In this document: piece by piece, positions 38,579 to 50,656 of the stretch
Position numbering within the stretch: the first letter of the stretch is position 1
How the letters are laid out: the number at the start of each line of letters is the position of its first letter
Source of the DNA: Selaginella moellendorffii
Taxonomy: Eukaryota; Plantae; Lycopodiophyta
Length of the DNA stretch: 64,000 nt
Direction: 5' to 3'
NCBI RefSeq assembly: GCF_000143415.4
Contig: NW_003314400.1
Coordinates: 1 to 64,000, forward strand
Program-made: the position numbers and the translations under genes
The notes under the pieces: model-generated
Databases searched by the model: none
The model's input: the letters and a program-made list of their open reading frames with translations, nothing else
Told to the model about the DNA's origin: nothing

Positions 38579-41500
38579 TTAATGAATCTCACCTTGAACC
38601 CGGGTTATGAATGCTCTTGCTGCATCTCTTGCATGGTCTGGCAAGGTGATGGTGGCACTCTGCTTCCGCATCCAACCATGCACAACATTATCCACCGATA
38701 TGCTCATGCTAGGATCCCTTGGATTTAGCACCCATCTCTTTTCTAGGCAATCCTTCGTATATCCGGAACTTGGCTTGAACCACTCCACAGTTACATTGAA
38801 GGAGTTAGTTTCCGCGTCCTCCTCTGCATCAGTGATGCAGCGCCCCACCCATATCATTTGTTTTTTATTACTGGGTCTGACAAGCACGACCATTCCTTTG
38901 CAGACCTGTACTGGATTGAATGCTGAATCCGGCTTCTTGTTCCTCGGCCCACAATAGTGATCCTCAACATCGTTATCAATCACTGCATTTCCAGAGGACA
39001 TTGTTCCGCTACTATCTGGTGCTCTGGGTTCTGGCCAAAAGGACTCTTCCAATTCTTCATATACAACCGGCCCATTTTGGATAGCAGATATAATCTTCTC
39101 CCAGTATTCGAGCAAAGGCTTGCACCTCTGAAAATAAGATTCTCCACCAAACACCAACCCCCTCTTCCAGAAGGCAATATGCTGTCTAATCCCGGCCACT
39201 ATACTTTCCTGGTCTTTGAGTCCATCCGGGTGCATCGGCCGTGGGGAACCTTGAGGAATCATAGGTTCCCCAGTTATGGGATCTCTCTTGAAGAGTTCAA
39301 TGCCGTCCACTGGCAGCCACACTGTGTCCCATTCTCTCATCTTGTACCTCATCACTGGAGCACCGTCACGCATGCTGAAATGAAACTGAAGAGGCTTGGA
39401 GTGGCCAATCAGCATTTCGGATCCGTCCTTGATGTAGCCTCTTACAAACCCCTTAAAGTCTGGAACCTCTGTCAGAAGTGCAGCTTCAACAATGCCTTTG
39501 ATGCAATTTTGGAATTCATCGTAGAGTTGTGGGAGGGTGAGGACATTGGATCGCCGGAGGGACTCTGCCAGGTGACTGAACATGGCATCGACGTCTTCAT
39601 GAGTGTGCCCAACCATGAGAAAGCCAAGTGTAACCGTTTCAAATATGCCTTTGGCAACAAGCATCGCCAAGTACGCGAAGACGTACATGTTTTTGTTCTC
39701 ACTGCCAGCATTGTCTGTTTGGAGTAGAAGATGGGGTGGAAGGCCACATCGGCCGCAAGAACTTCCTTGAGATTCTGCTTCGTTTGGATGAGGCTGTGCA
39801 TTCACCGGGCGACCAGCCTCGTCGGAATGGCATGAGGCCTCACGTGATAACCCTACAATCTGACGGCCAACATATTCACTGGGATGGCATGGGGCCCCAC
39901 GCGATACTGCAAGCCTTTGCTCCTCCTCCAACTAAACCCTGTATGGGGTTCGATCGACAAGGGCCTTATGCAAGGGTTGGCCGTTCAGCTCAGTCTGCGC
40001 ACTTTGCAGAGACCTTAAGTGTTTTGCTAGGGACGCAATCATCATGTTTGCACCCCCGCCACCCCATAGAGGTACAAAGAAGTTCCCATAGTTCTGGGCA
40101 CCATGCCCATGAGCGATTATGCCAAACAGAGACACAGGCAGCTGCATGGATGAAGAGATTGCCTTGGGGGCAGGATTGAGTTGAGGTAAGCACGTCTTTT
40201 TCTGGTCCATTTTGTCGTGGATGATGCAGAGGTAAGAGTCAGGTCTCTCCATGGAGAGAATCCTGTTATGATAATATGCAGTCCTGCAGCTTCTCTGCTC
40301 GATGTTGTGGTCGAGCCGCCTTCTAACCAACATCTCTCGCTCTTGAGCGCTACAAGAATTCTTCGACAAAGCCATTTTGATAGCAGTGCACTCGTCACAC
40401 TTTGAAAAGCTGGAGTACTTTCTTATACTCACATCCCTGAACCTGTTGCTCCACAATCTACTAAATCTAGATTGGCTCAGCTTCTTGTAGCCATTACTCT
40501 GGAGTTCCCGATTCACATCTTCCAATATGGCCCCCTTGGTATACATGGAAGGGAGAACTCGTTGGGTGTCTCGTGTTCCATCTTCCAAGAGGCGGGTTTT
40601 ATGTGGTTGCTGCTCGCTACATGTCTCGACAAACCTCTTGAAGATTGCCTCTCCATATACAACATGACCCCTGGTTTTGTGCGTACCGTCGTTCCCATGG
40701 ACTGCCTGTTGAACCCTTTGTTCCTCGAACTCAGTTTTGATTCTGTAGAATGTGGTTCGAGGGACTCCATAAATGATTCTCCATGCCTTCATGCAGACCA
40801 AACCCCTCTGGAAGACCATGCCCCCCACCTGATGTTCTGAAGCATCAACAGATGACCGTAATGCCTCATACACAAAATTGCGAGCTGCCTTCCAGGACAA
40901 TGTCTTGTATCTTGCTCTCTCCTCTTCAATAGCATCCCAATCAGCATGTTGACAGCACCTCCTCTTGCAACAAGCAACTGTCGAGACCATTCGAACCTCC
41001 ATCGCCATTTTCTGCCTTTTCGGTTCGTTGCTCAGATCCCTTTGGCTGCGCTTTAGGAAGGTGTACTTTCTTTTCCCATGAAGAGATGTTCTGTCATCAG
41101 TTGTAGTGGTGTTTGATTGTGAATCCTTCACATTCTCAAACACTAAGTGCCTCAATTTCCACCGCACAATGCTTCCAATAGTCAGACTGTTTTCTTCTGT
41201 GTCAACAACCTCTAAAATCGCAACTCCAATATCATCCCAGCCCAATTCTTGATTAGCAACCGCATCTCTTGGATCGACAACTGTGGCTAAGCCCTCAGCT
41301 ACCACCTCCCCCTCGGGGTTGTTTAGAAACACCTTCGCCTGAATCCATGTAACACGGTTCTTAAGATCCACGGAGGGAACATGCGTCGCACTTGCGCTGT
41401 CCCCAACATCTGCTTTCTTCTAAAGATTTTTCAAGGCAACAACAACATTTACCCCGACGACCATCTCTCCTCGTTCAATAGCGACCACATTCCCATCGAA

Positions 41501-41647
41501 GACAGTCTCTACTGATACAGCAGCATTGCCTTCCCTAAGCCTTTGACAGTGTATAACAAAGTTCCGATCCATAGACACAAGGGTCCCTTTTGCAACTCTC
41601 TTCCCACCATTCAAAATGTAAACCTTTTCCCCAACCCTGAAGGCCAT
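38579..41647 (-). pseudogene. Sola-like DDE transposase, ~1020 aa, with two in-frame TAG stops (41420-41422, 39932-39934)
   Basis: ORFs 41420-41647, 39932-41371 and 38579-39931 share one frame. Motifs FSKCDEC, IIHDKMDQ, LQTDNAGSENKN and FLMVGHTHEDVDAMFS. Confidence 0.88.
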
Positions 41648-41799
41648 TCTGAAAGTGCAGAAAAGAAGTTAAGACCATACAAAAAATGATTAGAGAATGG
41701 CCTAAATCATAACATACCAAACAACCTCAATAGCATGAGGCCACATGCCATTATTCAAACATGCTATTGACACCCACGTGAAATTTCGCATTCACAAAA

Positions 41800-42018
41800 T
41801 TGGCATGAGGCCTCATGCCATTAGTGGTACCACTAATGGCATGAGGCCTCACGCTATCTTTGGCCCCTGCTAGCCTGTTACTATATTCCTTTTGCTTTGC
41901 TGCAATTGTATATATTTTTGTGTGCGTGACTAGTCACCCATACAAAAATATATACAGTTCAAAAGGAATATGGCAATAGGCTAGCAGGGGCCAAAGATGG
42001 CATGAGGCCTCATGCCAT
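41800..42018. repeat. Compound inverted repeats upstream of the transposase
   Basis: Hairpin 41800-41857 centred on GGTACC and hairpin 41836-42018 centred on GTGACTAGTCAC. Each arm ends in the 22-bp palindrome. Confidence 0.9.
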
Positions 42019-43139
42019 CTTGATATACACACAGCTGCAGGTAAGTAAAAACATACATGACAATACACTAGCCATGAAATTGCAAGGGCCCAAGATGGCA
42101 TGTGGCCTCATGCCATTTCTAAATGTGGTCCTAAGCCATTCCATGGTGAACATACCAGGAAGCACAAGTGCCGAATATCAAGAGGAAGCGGTAGCCACAC
42201 CAAAGACAGTGCCGCTCGCAACACCGCAACTACTCGTAGCGCCGCTCGCAACACCGCAACTGCTCGTAGCGCCGCTCGCACAAACTGCCACTCGCATAAA
42301 CTGCCGCTCGCAATGGCGCTCGCAATGCCGCAACCGCTCGTAGACGCATAAACCACAGCTCACAACGCCGCTTACACAAGCAGCGCTCACTGCGCTTAGC
42401 GAAACCAAGAACACGGCGCACAAAAATGATAGACCTAGGAATGAGTTCGAGAATTCAAAAATAACACACGCTTGAACGTCACATCAAATCCTCTGACAAA
42501 CCAGATCTTATGACTCCTCTGACAAATTTCAAACTGAGTAGCTTCTAGACTTTGCTGTCAGAGGTTGAACTTTGTCACATCATGTCCTTGCCTCGATCCA
42601 GCTATGCCATGTCAGTGATTCGAACTTTGCCATGCCATGTCAGCGATCTGTGCCAAGATTATTCGCCGTGTAAAGGAATAATTATGCTGTGTGTGTACGT
42701 CCATTTATGGCAATATAAGGCCACACGCCATTCAAAGAATAATGCTAGTCGAGCATTTTTTGGTGCATTTTTGGGTTCAAAATTGCATGAGCCCATACGC
42801 TATAAAGTTTACCTGTACCAAAAATAGAAACAGCTTTATTTACTTGGGAATTTAAGTGGTTGAGGCATTTTTAAACTTACAAACACATGCCCTACTTACA
42901 TTCCTTTGGTTGCTTAAAATTCAAAAATATTATAAACCTTTCTTTTTGCATTTTCAATGTTTTCAATTATGGTTTTTGATTTTCGCAGGACCAGCCTAGT
43001 AATCTATTTGCATCCCGTCATGTTTATAGCTAGCTTTCGTTTGTCCCCTTCGCTAGCCTGAGATACATCTGCTCGGCATCTGCCTCTTACAGCATTTGCC
43101 CAGAAAGGGCATCTTTCTTCATGCAGCATTTGCCACATG

Positions 43140-43165
43140 TTTAGGGTTTAGGGTTTAGGGTTTAG
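43140..43165 (+). repeat. Interstitial plant telomere repeat (TTTAGGG)3+
   Basis: tttagggtttagggtttagggtttag. Confidence 0.85.
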
Positions 43166-44706
43166 CAATTCAGTAGCTTGATAAACATGCAAATACAGAA
43201 CTTGATGCAAAATCCTTTGATATGTCACAATGCCCCTAGGACCATAAACACATTTCATTTCATAACTCCTTACGTAGATCTTGGTGAAACCAGAGTTAGT
43301 GAAGTTAGTTTCTTGTGATCCCGCATCTGATTGTGATGTCCCTTTGCAGTGTCGATGGAAAGGTCAATGCACACCAAACTGTAAAATCTTGGAGCAAAAT
43401 AACGGTCGGATCTATGGCAAATGCCCCTGAAACATTGTAAGGCTCGTGTGGTCTTATGTGGTGTCCGATCGAGATGCTTCTTTGCAGGGTCATCAAGAAA
43501 GACATTGTATACCATTCTGTAAAATCTAGTTGCGATCTAACAGTTGGATCTCCAGAAAACTCAAAAAAATCTCACGCGTGTCAGAATATCCTAGGAATAT
43601 ACTCCTATGTGACCCTGAAAATGGCATGCGGCCCCACGCCATTCAAGAGATAACGCCAGATGACGCCGAGAATTTTTTGGTGCATTTTTTGGGTTCAAAA
43701 TTGCATGAGCCCACACGCTATAAAGTTTATCTTTGCCAAATAGAGAAAAGTTTATCTGTGTCATGTGAGGTAGTTACAGTTTTTTGTGCTCGGCATCTGC
43801 CTCTTGCAGCATTTGCACTGAAAGGGAATTTTTCTCCATTCAGCATTTGGCCCTGAAAATGGCATGCGCCCACACGCTATTCAAGGAATAACGCCACATG
43901 ACGCCTGGATTTTTGGGTTTAAAATGTTTAGGGTTTTTTGGGTTTTTTCAAAATATTTTGGGTCCAATGTTTTTTGGGTTTCTTTGGTTCAAAATTGCAT
44001 GAGCCCACACGCTATAATATTGATTTGAGAGAAAAATAGAAACAGATAGAATTTCTTTATTTAGCTGAACATCTGCCATTTTTGGAAATACAAGATGCTT
44101 TGGAATATCCAATCATGCATGGTATAAATATAGCGAGGGTATTAAATGATATCCCAATCATGATCTTTCTTTTGGATTTCGCGTGCATGCAGTCCGAGGA
44201 ATGATGACGTTGCGGATTTCTTTTGGATTTTGTGTGCTTGCATGCGCGCGGCAATCCAGAAATTAATGGTGGCGCCCAAGTCCGAGGAATGATGACGTGG
44301 CGGGATTACCAACCGTTGTGACATTTCGCGCGTGTGAGGTTAGGTTTTGCATTTTGCTTCATACTCGCGCTCGCATCGCGCTCCCACTCGCGATCACGCT
44401 CACATTCGTGCTCATCTACCTTCTCTACAGGTTTCTCGTGTGCATCGGCGTCCACTCGCGCTTGCATCACACTCGCGCTCGCATCGCGCTCGTGTGCATC
44501 GGCGTCCACTTCAAGACACACCCAATTTGTAACTTCGCCGCCAACTCCGCCACCCACACGCAGCCCACTTGGCGTCCCGGGAGATTTCAGCGCCACTCTC
44601 CAACTGTTAAGTGGCAGAGTAGCCTTGCTGCTACGATCCGCTGCACACACAGTGCACATTTGCCAGTGAGTCCGGCCTCGATTGTCACGCCTCCATTCGG
44701 CTTCAA

Positions 44707-47700
44707 ATGGTAAGTCTTTTAGGCCAAGTAGAAAATGGCATGAGGCCACATGCCATTCAGTAGCAACATTGGCATGCATCAATTGGGCTCTCAAGTGTAG
44801 TCCGGTTACAGATGGCGTGTAGCCTCACGCCATCTTAGGATGCAGCCTCAAGACATCTAATGCAGTGGTGAATGGCGTGTGGCCTCACGTTATTTCCAGC
44901 TGCTAGCTTTTCATCTGTCAGCTCTAATTGTTGTGCATTTCTGAACAGGCGAGGAATTGCGTTCTTCTTCCAGCCACTGTCAATGTGGATGCAGAGAAGG
45001 GGGAGGAGCTCACCAGTTGGACTTTCGGGATGGAAGGCGAGGATCTGAGGCTGTACAACACAGATGGTGGGAGAAAAGAATGCATGGGGATCCTCATCCA
45101 AGTGACAGACACTCCATGCAGTTCCATGCAAGAATATGGACTGGCACTTGTGGTAGAGACAGCGTCCGCCTTCAAGATCCACCCTGCACATCCTAGCGGC
45201 TTCCTGGAGGGGGGCAGCGGCTATGAGGAATTCCTAGAGGGAGCTAGGGAGAGGTTGTCCAGGAGGCCCACAATTTCAAAGACGCTGCGGGTTTATGAAG
45301 ATCACATGGAATCCACGGACCTCACCTACGGCGATGTTCAAAAACTATATTCTAACATTGAGCCGTTGAGAGTGCCTCCAGTTCGCGAAGCGAAGAGGAA
45401 GGGGGTCGATCTGGAAACTACCCCGAAGCAGAAAAGGGTGGTCAAGCTCAAGCCGACGTCCGACTCTCTTGCTCCAAAAAAGAAGCTACTCGGTGATGCC
45501 ATTGCCTCGGGTTCGAACACTACACCCACCAAAAAGAAGAGCCGCAAAGAGCAAAAAGAGCAAGAAGAGGCAGCAAAAATCATCGCAGATAATAGTACTT
45601 GTTACTATTCCAACAAAGTATATACAATCGACGTGAGCCGTATCGACATCCAAAGCAAATACAACCACAGGCTAGTATCTGATGAGTGGGTGGAGAAACT
45701 GAAGCAGAAGATGCTGGCAAGTCCAGTAACACCCGACATCGCAGACGTGATCCCCTACTACCGAACAATGAAGGGCGAGACGAGGTTTCCAGACTTGATC
45801 AATAAGAAGGTGTTGGATGATCAGAACATCTGGTTCTATGCCGTCTCCGGGCAGCATTCTAGCTTGGCAATGCAAGAGATAGTTGTGGATATTATGGTGG
45901 GCGAGGAGGTGAAGAAAGTCTTCAAGACAAGAGTTGTACGCCTGATAAAAGGCAACTCGCCCCTCTGATCTATCATATCCATCTCCCACGCGCAGAATGT
46001 CAAGCAAGAAACGTGCTACAAATCGGGTCTGCACGAGACATTGGCACGAACATGGAAGCTCTGGGTTCAACTGAAGAAGCCACAAAAACCAGGACAAGGA
46101 CGTGCACTAGCAACTAGCGCCTGGCAGGTAAGCCTCGTTGCATGTGGCATAGCATGTGGCCTCACGCCATTTCCATTGTAGGAATTCTCGAGTCTTCTCT
46201 CGAAAACACTGGGGGTCAATGACACACTCAGCATCCATAACATTCTACTCGCGACAAAAGTTGTTTTTGACAAATGGGTAGATGTGCTGAGGAGGTACCA
46301 TGACGGGGAGTTGCTAAACTCAATGGGTGTGGAGGACGGCCGGAAGCCTAATGATTTGAAGCTCAACGCCTTGCGTTTCTCGCGGTCTCTAGATGACGAC
46401 GACCTTCTGACAGTGGCTAATGCTCTTCTACGTGGTGAGGTAGTCTTCAACAAGACCAAAATGACTCCCGGCCATATTGTGACATACGAGGACTTGTGCA
46501 CGACTCTGAGAGCTCGTGCGCTATTGAAAGATTGGATCTTCGAGCAAGTGGCCGTGGAGAGGGTGAGCATCGACACCACGCAAGAGATGATGGAAGAGCT
46601 GGAGTTGTCAAATGAAGACATCGACAACTACGTGAAGGGGGCCCCCAAGTTCATCGATCTGCTGCGGGATGCCACGAAAAGTAAAGTTGAGAAGTTGAAT
46701 CAGTATCCAAATTTCATTAAGAGGGATGTCGACCGCCGGCTTCAGAAACAGCTCGACCCCGCAGCAGAGGCCTATCGAGAACCTTACCGGGTATACGTGA
46801 ATTCGGATGAGGATCAAAGGTGGAGGAGCATCGTTTCCCGCGGAGATGAGCAGGTCAAGAACATCTTTTGTGTTATGGACTTCACAAACGAGGAGATCAC
46901 TCATGCAGACGAAGTCAGCTCCATCATTGACTTAATGGTGGGACTTGCGGAGGTGGAATCTTCAGTCCACTATATGATCTACGACTCCGAATCCTATCAC
47001 AAGTTCTGGAAGGCCTTGAACGAGGTGAAGGCTCGGTTGAAAGGCAAGGAGATGCAGGAGATCCATGGGATAATGGCTAAGAAGAAGATACCGACGAATG
47101 TCCGCATCTTCACACTCGCCCTTGTTATTGGTCCTGCAGCAGAGTGGGACTGGAGTGACTTCCCAGCTTCGTTTGACAAGGCCGATCGAATTGATCTGAG
47201 GGAGGTCAATTTACCCGTGCCTGAGGAACTGAAGACGGCTATGGAGCTTTCGAATCCAGAGAAAGCTCCAGGTGCAGCATGGGAAATGCTCAGTTGGGTC
47301 TTCAACGCAATAGCACCTGCTTCCAACTCCAAGGGCAAATGCGTTGTCGAGTACAACTGCGGCGGACTATTCTTTCGAGCCGCACTACTCAAGGGTGTCC
47401 CGTATGTTGCGGTGACAAACTCCATTGAAGAGGTGACTTCAATGAAACATATAGTTACAGTTGCCAAAGAAAAACAGTATCTTCTCTGCGAACCTGGTGA
47501 GTACGCACTTTAAGTTTAAATGCTATCTCACAAGCTCTGTATGCAGGAGCGTGGCCACCCCCAGATGCTGAAACGGCATTAACAGCTACTGTTGGGCCGA
47601 GCTCACAACCTGCACAAGGTAAGGTCACGTGAGGCCTCACGCCATTTTGATTATAAATCGTTGTGAATATTCAGACACGAGGACTGAAAAGCGCACTGGT

Positions 47701-50238
47701 GGCGCGTCGAAGAAGGACAAACAGACAAGCAATAGGAAAAAAGGAGGTACAAATTATATTTGCAATGGCATGTGGTCTCATGCCATTCCTTGCAGGAGAC
47801 ACTTCTTCAAAGGCAAAACAGGCAAGCACCAGCCAAGCTCAAACTGACAGTGGTCATAAAAAGCGAAAGCACGTTGGACAGTCGTCGGGATCAGAGGCGT
47901 TTGATTCAAAAAGGAAGAAGGGCAACGAAAAGATGATAGGTAATGCCTCGCGGTCACCACCTCCTAACTCAGATTCCTATGGCGGACTCCCCTTCCCCAA
48001 TCTCAATGGAGAGGTACAATGGATGAGGGATGCTTTTCAAGTCAAGGCCACGTTTTTCTCATCTCGTCGTCTTCGAAGGGTGCAAGAACGTGCAAAAACC
48101 ATGTTAAGACAGTCGGGTGAGGATACGATCCTAGGTCACGCACTAAAACAGGCTATGGATGTCTTGTATTTTGAGATGGAGACTCAGCCAGATGATTTTC
48201 CCAAGATGGTCCTGGAAGAACAAGCCATCCAGCCTGAGCAGCCTATGGAAGAAATGCAGGAGGGGGATGAGGAGCCAGAGAAAGATAATGAGCAGGAAGA
48301 GCAGAAGGACGAAGAGGAGGACAAAGAAGAGGAGGACGAAGAGGACTTGGATGGTCCTCACAATGGTGACGATCACAATAACGACGACGACGATGATGAC
48401 GACGATGGCCAGCCTGAGGTGGCCAAAGAGCAGCGAAGGAAGGTCATACAAGACAAACCATCAGGTAAATAATAGTACATCCATTCCTAACCTTTTACCA
48501 TTTCTAACATTGTCCATGTAGGTTGCAAAGCAAATGGTAAGTAGAGATTATTCAGTTGAATTAAGATACAAACTCTAGCTTTTAGTGTCGAGGAAGGATA
48601 GTGCCAAGCAAGGGTCGAAACGTATGTCCAATCCTTCAGAATCAGCAGTGCGCCCAAGTGATATCGGTCCTAGTTCCTCAATAGCAGTTGATGGTAAATA
48701 CAGTATAGTCGATTCAATGTGCTAATGAGTTTGTTTTTAGTAGCCAGTAGGGAGGATACCATCTCAATCGAAGGGAGATATTTGGACATGCATATGGATC
48801 CGCCAGTGGACTCTACTTGCCTGCAAGAGTCATTAGAGCTGGTGGAGGCTACTATTCATATCAACGCCAAGCAAGCTGACCACGCTCCACTTGATGCTGC
48901 CCATACCACTGAGTCAATCTTGTCCACGTATCCAACTGACAGTGACCAGGTGCCATTGGACCTGCATGAGGCCGCCCCAGCCGCCGAGCCGGTCGTATCC
49001 TCATTTCCAACAGACTCAACGTGTGCCCAATCGTCTGACTACGCGCCGTTGGAACCTCCCTACACCGCCCCTGCTGCCTGTTCGGTCATGTCCACTTTGC
49101 CAACGGAGGCACCAGCTGAAATGGCGTGTGATCACACGCCATCGGAACCACCCCATGCCACTGTTGAGCCAGTTGTACCAGAGTCTATAGCTGAAATGGC
49201 ATGTGCCCACACGCCATCGGATGTGATTGACCCCACATTGCAGAGGAGAGTATTTCCGCCCTTCACGTTTCCTCGACCAAAACCCTCTGAACGACCATCG
49301 GGAACACCATTCGCTAATATTGTAGATGGTAAAATTGACTTGTACCATTTTTTATGCTGACGCATTTCATTTCAGAGTCACGGCGAAGGTACTGTATCGT
49401 TTTTGATATGAACGGTGTCCTTTTCTCCCATGAGCGTGGCTCGTCCTCGAATGTCACTGCACCCTCCAAAGCCTGCGGTCGCAAGTTGGTCAAAAGAGAC
49501 AGATTCACATTAATCACACGGGAGAAACTGCGGGATCTAATAATGACCATGCGACACTTAAAACAGAGGGCCGGGTTCAATTTGCAATTGGGAGTTTGGA
49601 CATCCATGATGCACCACAATGCATTAACGTTGCTACAGATGATGCACGATCAGACGCGAGTAATATTACCATTTGACTTTCTCCTAACGCAGGAGGATTG
49701 CTTGACTATGGTCCATGTGAGGGGTAGCAAGCCCATCTTCGTCAAGCCAGAGGCTGTAGTGATGAACCGGACTGCTAGGTCAAGTGAAATCCTCATCATC
49801 GATGACTCGCCGATTAAAACTGCAGCGAACACGCACACATATGCAATGCACCCCATCTCTTGCAATATGGAAACTAGGGAGAAGAAACCGTATGTTCTGG
49901 GGGACCTTGCAGAACGGCTTGGAGCGATGGTGATAGAGAACCGGCCAGTCCAGGAGGTGGCTGCAGAAATCAACCAAATGGCAAATGGAACGGTATATCA
50001 GAAGTCATTTGATCGGACAGACACCAGTCATCATTTATGGCATGTATATTGTCTAGCCAAGCACTATCCGCATCTCCATAATCTGCTCAACCGGATGGGT
50101 TCTTCGACCACTGAACATGAGCGTGGACGTATTAGAGAAGAGATGGCATTACTATTGGGTTTAAATCTTGATAGTGTGGAGAGTGATGAAATTCCAAGAT
50201 TATTGTATAAGCGTTGGAGGCAAAAAATAACAGTCTGA
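44707..50238 (+). CDS. 10-exon ~1627-aa cargo protein: ParB-like, degenerate DNA MTase-like, acidic/disordered linker, FCP1/SCP-like HAD phosphatase. One internal TGA at 45966.
   Basis: Exons 44707-44709, 44949-46127, 46182-47496, 47547-47618, 47675-47746, 47796-48464, 48522-48536, 48586-48693, 48741-49328 and 49376-50238. All introns are GT-AG (239 nt, then 47-57 nt), phases are consistent, and the total is 4884 nt. Confidence 0.8.
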
Positions 50239-50656
50239 GATGGCATGTATTTATTTAAAAATGTAACTTATTATGGCATGGGGTTCCATGCCATTGTATT
50301 AATATTAAAAGACAATTCTTTGAGAGGATTTGCATTATACTAGAAGTGTTACAGCATGTTATTGGAAGTCTACGAAGTTGTTTTATTAATAAGGGGAAAG
50401 TAAAGATTGAATGGGGACTTGGGCTCCACCTAGACTCGGAGCAACTGAGCCAATATTAAAAGGATGGAAAGAAATTGGATGACGATGACAAGGAGAAGAG
50501 AGAGGTGAAGCAGTGGCAGGGGGAGGAGAAGTGATTGAGTAGACATTTCCTTGTTTAAAATAAAATGGCATGTGCCTCAATGCAGTTGAATTTTGTTATA
50601 TTTATATACTATATAAAGGTTTGGAAACCTTATTTTACAAGTGGGATAATGACAAT

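Larger units (their letters stand above)
37174..50586. repeat. Dispersed 22-bp palindrome, ~30 copies, consensus ATGGCRTGWGGCCWCAYGCCAT
   Basis: Starts (some degenerate) at about 37174, 37490, 37579, 37986, 38099, 38179, 38339, 38485, 39827, 39884, 41730, 41800, 41836, 41997, 42095, 42710, 42782, 43621, 43700, 43859, 43994, 44735, 44812, 44872, 46149, 47624, 47765, 49121, 49196, 50273 and 50565. Confidence 0.93.

Noticed and set aside
37174-50586. CRISPR-like array of palindromic repeats
   Set aside because: Spacing is highly irregular (36 bp to several kb), there are no cas genes, and the context is eukaryotic.
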